A stretch of 32,000 nucleotides of DNA from Candidatus Paracaedimonas acanthamoebae (GTDB taxonomy: Bacteria; Pseudomonadota; Alphaproteobacteria; Caedimonadales; Caedimonadaceae). The notes beneath the pieces were generated by a model, which was given only the letters and a program-made list of their open reading frames with translations, was not told where the DNA came from and did no database searches. Of this stretch, positions 25,425 to 32,000 are shown one piece after another. A program made the translations under genes and the position numbers. The stretch spans positions 1-32,000 of the forward strand of contig CP008940.1 in NCBI GenBank assembly GCA_000743035.1. The letters are read 5' to 3'. Each line of letters begins with the position of its first letter. Positions within the stretch are counted from its first letter, which is position 1.

Positions 25425-28400
25425 ATGAACTTTTGTGTGCCAAAGATTTTGGGATTATTGCGTGATGTGGGTCGCATCTTTCTGACCTATATTTTGATTT
25501 ATCAGCAGATATTTTTAGGTGTTGTGTGGGCGCATGAGGGGTTGGGAGCGATTCAAGCAGACCTCCAAGAAGCTCGCTTGCAAGGAGGGTCGTATGTTTC
25601 TAAACCTTTTCCCCATTCTACGATAAGCCTTTCAAAAGAGAGTGCTAAATTACGAGAAGAGTTTAAGGACTGTGATTGGGTCTTTCGAGAAAGCCAAGAT
25701 CAGCTTCAAACTTTTTATCGCTGGAAAGGGAAGGTTTATCAGTTTGTCCATCCTGCTCTTTTGAAGTCTATTCAGGTCCTGAAAAGCCCTAAAGGGGAAG
25801 ACAACAACACTCTTTACATTAAATTATTGCTTGATGGTTTAGGACAGAAGAACTCCACAGTTGGGCTCGAGAATGAGGGCGCCATTATTATTGAGGATGG
25901 GATTCAAGTGAAAGGCCTTGTGACGTGTGCGCCAAGGGTTGTGAGTCGGGCGATGGCTTCTTTAGATTTGCAGAAAGAGTTACAGGGGATTGATGTTGAG
26001 ACTTTAGCTGTACATGGAGATTTTAAGATTGAGGGGAGCAGCACCCTCAATGTGCAAGAGCTCCACCTTCATGAAGGGACGTTTTTAAACCAAGGGACTT
26101 TAAAATTTAAAGAAGATGGGACGGCTGATTTACATGGGAATAACCTGATGAATGATCATCAGATTAAAGGGGTTAAGCGTCTTACCTTTAGAAATGGCCG
26201 GGTCCTTGATCATCGGACTTCCCAGTCTCAGCTCAGGATGAAAGAAGGCCAGTTTGCCTATGAAGGGAAGGAGATGATCTCGCATCCCTCTTCTTTGGTT
26301 GAGGCTCACAAGATTCACGTGAAGACCCACCAAGGTCTCAGCACTTTTCCTCATTTGCAGGGGGATCATCTCCACCTTGAAGCCATAAACTTTGAAGGAT
26401 GTGATTTTAAGGGCTTGACGGAATTTAAGAAGCTTGAGCTGATCTCAACAACCTCTCCTTTAACTTTCTCAGATCCTCTTATCCTTAAAGGTTCTTTAAC
26501 CGCCGAAGCTGCTCTTATAAAGAACCTTGGGGGGATGAGTGGCAAAGGAACAGTTCACTTTAAAGCACCCTCCATTCTCAATGAAGCCGTTTTACACTCG
26601 GAAGAGGGGAAAGTGATTCTTCAAGGGAATGTTCAGCATACAAAAGGACTTCTTTGGGCCTATCAAGGCGTTGAGATGGAAGGTGAGACGCATGTGGTGC
26701 AAGGGGACCTTTACCCTCAATCAGCTTTTACGATCAAGAGCAAGCAAGGATTTACCTATGATCCTCAAAAGTTGAAGACCGAGAAAGCCTTAAAGCTTGT
26801 GTTTCAAGAGCCTGCAACCTTCACACAAGACATTAAAACGTTAGGACCTCTTTCCTTAGAAGGACCGTCGTTAGAGATCGGACAGCATTTAGAGGCGACC
26901 ATCACGGAAGCTCACACACCTTTCTTAAAGTTTACAGGGACTGCTTTATCCACTTCCCTCAAGGCTTGGGGAAAGGTTGAGATTGCTTCTTCAGCTTTTA
27001 CCTCAACGCAAGATCTTCAAGTTGAGGGGGACCTTAAAATATCAGCCTCAGGGCCTGTTGTGCTGAAAGGAACCGTTATCGGCAAGCAAGATATCTCGAT
27101 TGTGGGCCAATCGGTGAGCTCAGAGAAAGAGGTATTTGCCCATAACACCTTGCAAGTTGAGAGTCCGGGTCAGATCACGTTGAAGGAAAGGGCTGTGGGT
27201 ATTGAAGGTCTCACGTTGCGAGTCGGAGGGGGGCTTTCTTACAAAGACGGCGGCCCGAATATCACGCCACAAACCTCAGGCCTGCAGACAGAGGGGACTT
27301 TAGAGATTATCAGCACTCCATCTCGGCTTTATTTTAAATCTCCTCTTTCTCTTTTAGGTCATTTTCTTTTTAAAGGCCCTCAAGCCTATAATTTTTCCTC
27401 CTTACGCGCAAAACAAGGCTTTACCTTTTTGACGCCTCTTGTTGAAGAAGGGTTTGGGGTGGTGAATCGTGGAAAGCTGATGAGTGAAGAAGGTCCTCTT
27501 TATGTTGAGGGCAATACCACCCATTATCCAGAAGGGGAGATTTATACCTCTCAGCAGGCTTCTTTTAAAGGGCATTTAAATTATTTGCAGGGCCCCATGA
27601 CGGTAAAAGAGCATTTGAAGGTACATACGTTGCATAAGTGGGGTCTTAAATATTTGCCCACAGTTTTTAAGGGATGTCCTTTAGTAACCTTTGCCTTTGA
27701 TGGCAATAAGCAACTGAATCAGCCCCTTGAGAGTCCAGAGACACAGTTAACCCTGGAAGGTCCTTCTATTACAGTGACACAACCTTTTAAGGTGAAAGAG
27801 ATCAAAGGGAACACGCCGAAGCTTTCGTTTATTCTTCAAGAGGCCTTCACGTTAACGCCCCCCCTACAGACGAGGGGTGAACTTTTTATCCAAGCGCCTT
27901 CCGTCGTGGCTGAAAAAAAGATCCAGGCAGATCACGTTCAGATCACCTCGACGAAGGGGGATATTATCTTAAAGGATGTTGTTGAGGGCACTCAGAAAGT
28001 CTTATTGAAGACAGCAAAAGGCCTTTCTTATCAAACAGAGGGTCTGCAAACCCCAGGGTTGCTTCATCTTATCTTGCCGCCTTGCCAAAAATTAGAGATT
28101 CCTCTTAAATTGCTTGGACAGCTACGGGTTGAAAGTCCTGGGCTCACGAACAAGACCACCCTTGAAGCCAGAAAAGGAATTGAGATTTTAACGTCTTCTT
28201 ATAATGAGGATCTGTGGAATCTGTATAACTATGGGAAGATGATCAGCGATCAAGGGAACATTGTTTTAAAGGGGAACTTCTCGCAACGAGATACAGGAGA
28301 GGTGAGAGCGGCAAAAGTTCTTAAGATCGAGGGACATTACCATGACTTTCGAGGGGCGTTTGTTGAAGGGCGAGAAGGAATTGAGATTAAGGCCAAGTGC

Positions 28401-31400
28401 CCTGAGAGAGTGGCCAACTATGGTCTCCATTCTTTAAGAACCTTAGGCCTTTTAAAGCTGATTTTTCGGGAAGGAGGAAAGCTATGGCGTCCTCTTGAGG
28501 TGGAAGGGGGGATAAAGATTGAAGTTCTCCCTCACAAGACCGCGCAAACTTTAAAACTACACGCAAATCTGTCATCAGGCAAAGGGCTTCAGCTGAAAGC
28601 CTCAGGGCATGCTATTTGGGTTGGAGAGCCTTCTCTTCCCTTGATCAAGATTCAGAGTGGGGGTTCTTTTGAAGCGACCGATGCTAAAACGTTTGACCTT
28701 GTTCGAGGGATTGTGTTCTCCAATCATTTCTTTCACATCAAGGCAGAGCAAGACATTACGTTAGGGCGATGGATTAAAAGGAAGGTATTCTATGAGACAT
28801 CCCGCGGGAATGCGATTGGGCCAGCCATTAAGGCGCCTTATGACGTGTATATTCCCAATAAAAGTCAATTTGTCTCGAATGAGGGGATGAGGCTTGAGGC
28901 TCAAACCTTCCATGGCCATGGCGGGAATATTGTGGTTGCGGATGAGCATTTGGAAGTTGTGGCCCATCAAGAGAGTTCTTTTTCAGGGACGTCAGTGGCG
29001 GTTTGGAAGGGCAATGCGACGATAAGGGGGGCTCTCTTTAATCATTTCATTCCAGCTGTTCAGCGCGTGGGTGAAGGTCTTTCTCCGCCTTATTGGATTG
29101 ATTATTGCCTTGCTCAAGGAAGAGCGCCGAGCTTCAAGGTGAATGGCCATATAAGGTTTGATATTCAGAAAGGAAGGAACTATGGAGGATCTATTTTAGC
29201 CTCTGGAGCTATTGTTGGGAAAGAATTTATTGATCAAATAGAGGCGGTGTTTCACTTTAAGTCAGGAATTATTTATCATCTTGATAAGACGCCTTATGAG
29301 ATTTTACATCCGGCCAGATGCTCCGATTTAACCCGCCGAGGATGGGAAAATAAAAACATTCTAAAACTTCTCCAAAATGAACGGTGGAATAAGGCGTTCC
29401 CGAAACGTCCTAAAAAGAAAACGATTGATGATTATTTTACGTGGGATTCGCCCATTGAGATTGAAAGGGATGGGTTTTATTCAATCCTTCCTCAGCTGGA
29501 AGGAAGCCAGGGAATTGCCTTTACTGGAGCAAAGGAAGCCTTAGTTCAAGGAAAGATGATTGGCTCGAAGCTCCTCATTATTTTTGAAAAAGGGCTCACG
29601 GTGCAGACGGTTGGCCGGTCTGGCCGTGCCATTCCTTATCAGCCCGTCATGCCTTTATCTTTGGGAGCGTCTTCCAGCCTTGTGAAGCTGGATTCGACAG
29701 GGAAGGGGTCGACATTATTTATCCCGCTTGTTCCCATTAAGTATCCTTTGGAAGAAGAGCTTCAAAAAAGCAAACGGCTGATTTTAGGGCCGAAAGGATC
29801 AGAGAAGCTTCCGTTTGTTCTTCCTTTCTTTGCTGAGGGACAGGCTCTTATTGAGGCGTTTCAGCAGAATATCGGCTATGTGCCATTGACACCTGAATGT
29901 CCAGATTACCTTTCTTTGCATCGCAAGGTGATTCAAAATGGAGCGGATCTGTTCCCTTACCTTAAGCCTTTTCTTGACAATCCGAAGCTTTTGGGTTTGC
30001 CCGCGAATACGCCTTCTCAAGCGTTGATTGAGCGGGGCCCCCATTTATTCCAAGGCCTTCAATCCTCATTGCCGAAAGAGATGGCGCTGAAGCTGAATGA
30101 GCCGATCCTTTTTAGCCTTCCTGAAGGGCAGTATGATCGGCAAGCCTTGCGCTCTTATTTGATTACGCCGCCTTCCTATCATGATCCTCATGTCCGTGAT
30201 CACCTCGCGCAAATCATAGAGAAGGAAGCCTATCTGTTGGGGAAGAAAGGGTCTCATACGCATTTTGATCGCTCTCGCCTGATCGCCAAGAAAGGAACTC
30301 TGACGACAGGGACCTTGAAGGTGACAAAGCAGGTGGATTGTGTCGAGCAAACGCCCAAGCCTTTCATAAGAGAAGGAGCCTCGACAAAGCTGATAGGGTT
30401 TTTTAAGAAAAAGGAGAAAGAGGCGCCAAAGCTTCCTAAAAAGTTTCAGTATGTTTCCCAACCTGGGGGGGATTTATGGGTGGATCAGTTCGATCTTCAT
30501 GCCGAGCAAGCCAACATTGATCTTGGTGAGATGAAGTCAAAAATCTTGTGGTTAGATATTGAAGACTTATTGACGACAGGAACCCTTCACACAGAGCTGC
30601 TGATTGAGGATGTTGGGCATCTTGCGATTCAACGTCAGCACCACACATGGTCCGAGACGCATGAGATGAAGAAGATGTGGAAGCGGAAGAATGTTTGGGG
30701 TCGTGTGAAGAGGAAGAAGGAGATCAAGAAGCAGACAGTGACCCTATCAGAAGCGCTTCCAGAGGAGGTGAGTGGCCTTTATAAATATGGCAGGGTTTTG
30801 AAGGATCCCAAAGAGATCCAAGAGATCTTTGCCGGGTATGAGAAAGTCAGAGAGCTTCAGTCCTTGTTTGCTCAAGGCGTCACCCTTATCGTTGGGGAAG
30901 GAGGCTGGTCGCCAGAGACTCAAAAGAAGATGCACCTTTCGCCTTTGATCACGAGGTCATTAATGGAGGATTCGACGAGTTGCCGAGGGATGCGCAAGGA
31001 AGAGATGCAGCCAAGTTATAGGGTTGTGCGGGCAAAGGTCCTCTCGGAAGGGCCGATCCATCCTTTCTCTCATCAGGATATTCATCTGGTGGGGGTTGAG
31101 ATGGAGGGGAAGAAGGGGTCTGCTCTGATTGAGGCGAAGAGAGATCTGACGGTTGAAGACGCCAGTGTGATGCAGCCGCAAAAGAGGGAGCTTTATAATA
31201 AGAAGCGAGCAATCCGCGAGCGTGGAGGCTTTAAAGAGCTTCAGGTCCCGAACACCATCACGATGCCTGGCAAGGTTGTGTTGAAGGCGCAAGGGAAGAT
31301 TCAAGGTCATCGGCCTGAGGTGCGAACTGAGTTGGTCACTGAACCGCCCCAGGTTGATCTCCCCCGTCCTCTTCCTCATCAAGAGTTGTATGATCTCTGT

Positions 31401-32000
31401 GTGGGTCATCGTCCGGGCGGGAATCAAGCCCTTGCGATGGTGGCGAGATTAGGGACAAGTCTTCTTCTTTTTAACCCGGCGACAAGTTGGGCAGCGGGAC
31501 TCTTTAAGGTTGCAACGGATGGGGTGGTGGCGGCGATGGGAGGAGCAGCCTTGACGAGTGTGGCGTCTCAGACGGTGGGTTCTGCGGTGATGCATCAAGG
31601 GAACCTGAAGCAAATTGGCAAGGAGTTAACGTCATCCCATTTTACAAGAACTTTAATAATAGACACCGCCAGTGCGGGTTTGATGCATGAGCTGAGTGGG
31701 ACTTTTAATCTTCCCAAGCAACCCGAAGGATGGCAGCAGCATCTGAAAGTGAATGCGGTGAGGTCGATGGTCTCATCAGGATTGAACATGACGATAGGGG
31801 GTGTAAAGCCAGAGGAAGCCTTGTTATCTGCAGCTCGGATGATTGTTGCTGGAACACTTGGCGGCTTAGGCGCAAATGAAATCGCGCAACTCTATAGTGA
31901 TGGTCAGTTTGAGTACCTTACCCATAAACTTGCGCATGCGATTTTAGGGGGAGGGATGGGGGCGATCCTTTCGGATGATATTGAGAAAGGCTTATTATCT
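25425..32000 (+). CDS. Giant repeat-rich exoprotein (>2,192 aa; 3' end beyond the window) with an FhaB/CdiA-like DUF637/pretoxin-type region
   Basis: Not in the supplied track. I read frame 25425 codon by codon to 32000 and found no stop. An in-frame TAA lies at 25383 and a GGGGAGA Shine-Dalgarno lies 4-5 nt upstream of the ATG. The N-terminus MNFCVPKILGLLRDVGRIFLTYILIYQQIFLGVVWA-HE is signal-like. The body contains G/T/K/E-rich beta-strand-like repeats. The last visible residues, ...LGGLGANEIAQLYSDGQFEYLTHKLAHAILGGGMGAILSDD, resemble the HklAHAvlGCaag block of DUF637 in FhaB/CdiA proteins. Confidence 0.85.
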   Translation, partial: MNFCVPKILGLLRDVGRIFLTYILIYQQIFLGVVWAHEGLGAIQADLQEARLQGGSYVSKPFPHSTISLSKESAKLREEFKDCDWVFRESQDQLQTFYRWKGKVYQFVHPALLKSIQVLKSPKGEDNNTLYIKLLLDGLGQKNSTVGLENEGAIIIEDGIQVKGLVTCAPRVVSRAMASLDLQKELQGIDVETLAVHGDFKIEGSSTLNVQELHLHEGTFLNQGTLKFKEDGTADLHGNNLMNDHQIKGVKRLTFRNGRVLDHRTSQSQLRMKEGQFAYEGKEMISHPSSLVEAHKIHVKTHQGLSTFPHLQGDHLHLEAINFEGCDFKGLTEFKKLELISTTSPLTFSDPLILKGSLTAEAALIKNLGGMSGKGTVHFKAPSILNEAVLHSEEGKVILQGNVQHTKGLLWAYQGVEMEGETHVVQGDLYPQSAFTIKSKQGFTYDPQKLKTEKALKLVFQEPATFTQDIKTLGPLSLEGPSLEIGQHLEATITEAHTPFLKFTGTALSTSLKAWGKVEIASSAFTSTQDLQVEGDLKISASGPVVLKGTVIGKQDISIVGQSVSSEKEVFAHNTLQVESPGQITLKERAVGIEGLTLRVGGGLSYKDGGPNITPQTSGLQTEGTLEIISTPSRLYFKSPLSLLGHFLFKGPQAYNFSSLRAKQGFTFLTPLVEEGFGVVNRGKLMSEEGPLYVEGNTTHYPEGEIYTSQQASFKGHLNYLQGPMTVKEHLKVHTLHKWGLKYLPTVFKGCPLVTFAFDGNKQLNQPLESPETQLTLEGPSITVTQPFKVKEIKGNTPKLSFILQEAFTLTPPLQTRGELFIQAPSVVAEKKIQADHVQITSTKGDIILKDVVEGTQKVLLKTAKGLSYQTEGLQTPGLLHLILPPCQKLEIPLKLLGQLRVESPGLTNKTTLEARKGIEILTSSYNEDLWNLYNYGKMISDQGNIVLKGNFSQRDTGEVRAAKVLKIEGHYHDFRGAFVEGREGIEIKAKCPERVANYGLHSLRTLGLLKLIFREGGKLWRPLEVEGGIKIEVLPHKTAQTLKLHANLSSGKGLQLKASGHAIWVGEPSLPLIKIQSGGSFEATDAKTFDLVRGIVFSNHFFHIKAEQDITLGRWIKRKVFYETSRGNAIGPAIKAPYDVYIPNKSQFVSNEGMRLEAQTFHGHGGNIVVADEHLEVVAHQESSFSGTSVAVWKGNATIRGALFNHFIPAVQRVGEGLSPPYWIDYCLAQGRAPSFKVNGHIRFDIQKGRNYGGSILASGAIVGKEFIDQIEAVFHFKSGIIYHLDKTPYEILHPARCSDLTRRGWENKNILKLLQNERWNKAFPKRPKKKTIDDYFTWDSPIEIERDGFYSILPQLEGSQGIAFTGAKEALVQGKMIGSKLLIIFEKGLTVQTVGRSGRAIPYQPVMPLSLGASSSLVKLDSTGKGSTLFIPLVPIKYPLEEELQKSKRLILGPKGSEKLPFVLPFFAEGQALIEAFQQNIGYVPLTPECPDYLSLHRKVIQNGADLFPYLKPFLDNPKLLGLPANTPSQALIERGPHLFQGLQSSLPKEMALKLNEPILFSLPEGQYDRQALRSYLITPPSYHDPHVRDHLAQIIEKEAYLLGKKGSHTHFDRSRLIAKKGTLTTGTLKVTKQVDCVEQTPKPFIREGASTKLIGFFKKKEKEAPKLPKKFQYVSQPGGDLWVDQFDLHAEQANIDLGEMKSKILWLDIEDLLTTGTLHTELLIEDVGHLAIQRQHHTWSETHEMKKMWKRKNVWGRVKRKKEIKKQTVTLSEALPEEVSGLYKYGRVLKDPKEIQEIFAGYEKVRELQSLFAQGVTLIVGEGGWSPETQKKMHLSPLITRSLMEDSTSCRGMRKEEMQPSYRVVRAKVLSEGPIHPFSHQDIHLVGVEMEGKKGSALIEAKRDLTVEDASVMQPQKRELYNKKRAIRERGGFKELQVPNTITMPGKVVLKAQGKIQGHRPEVRTELVTEPPQVDLPRPLPHQELYDLCVGHRPGGNQALAMVARLGTSLLLFNPATSWAAGLFKVATDGVVAAMGGAALTSVASQTVGSAVMHQGNLKQIGKELTSSHFTRTLIIDTASAGLMHELSGTFNLPKQPEGWQQHLKVNAVRSMVSSGLNMTIGGVKPEEALLSAARMIVAGTLGGLGANEIAQLYSDGQFEYLTHKLAHAILGGGMGAILSDDIEKGLLS

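Noticed and set aside
25425-26400. A canonical two-partner-secretion TPS domain at the N-terminus of the giant ORF
   Set aside because: I looked for NPNL and NPNGI-type motifs and the usual N-terminal conserved block in the first ~300 residues and did not find them. The TpsA label is therefore not applied. Only the C-terminal DUF637-like similarity is claimed.
26130-31789. About ten listed minus-strand ORFs of 60-155 aa (for example 30066-30461 and 30960-31427)
   Set aside because: All are antisense to the uninterrupted 2,192-codon plus-strand frame. Their Arg/Leu/Pro-rich composition is typical of antisense shadows in GC-richer coding DNA.
1-32000. tRNA, rRNA, tmRNA genes and intact IS/transposase genes
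   Set aside because: No cloverleaf-compatible sequences with a GTTCGAATC-type T-arm were seen. No rRNA-like conserved blocks and no DDE-transposase-like ORFs were seen on either strand.

Overview
The window reads as a mosaic plasmid- or ICE-like segment from an AT-leaning bacterium. The bacterium is probably host-associated: it carries eukaryote-like F-box and Sel1 motifs, a Rickettsia-plasmid-style DnaA_N replication protein, and an alphaproteobacterial-looking SSB and SLT enzyme. The taxon is inference only.

There are three compositional blocks, judged by eye from sampled 60-mers and not computed over the window.

(1) 1-14290, moderate GC. The minus strand carries a tightly translationally coupled VirB/Trw-type type IV secretion operon: orf229-virB2-B3-B4-B5-B6-B7-B8-B9-B10-orf808-virB11-SLT. 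Many junctions are ATGA or similar overlaps. Upstream lie a DUF3310-like gene and a DnaA_N-type replication gene.

(2) About 14290-25420, clearly AT-richer. It holds a LysR regulator, a stand-alone SagB-type dehydrogenase, a DMT/EamA transporter and two orphan genes. It also holds a second, paralogous DnaA_N-type rep gene with a promoter and terminator pair for a possible small RNA. A parA plus small wHTH partner pair is flanked by short-repeat arrays, including a perfect 112-bp tandem duplication. The block ends with ssb and a chimeric Sel1/F-box/HU-tail ORF.

(3) 25425-32000, GC-richest. This is one uninterrupted plus-strand reading frame of 2,192 codons that runs off the window. Its visible C-terminal part looks like the DUF637/pretoxin region of FhaB/CdiA-type polymorphic toxins.

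The supplied ORF track omits both edge-touching ORFs (1-460 minus and 25425-32000 plus) and the 53-codon virB7-like lipoprotein gene. I found no rRNA, tRNA, CRISPR array or intact transposase.

The most interesting items are the giant toxin-like ORF, the 808-aa cysteine-repeat secreted protein wedged between virB10 and virB11, and the F-box/HU chimera.
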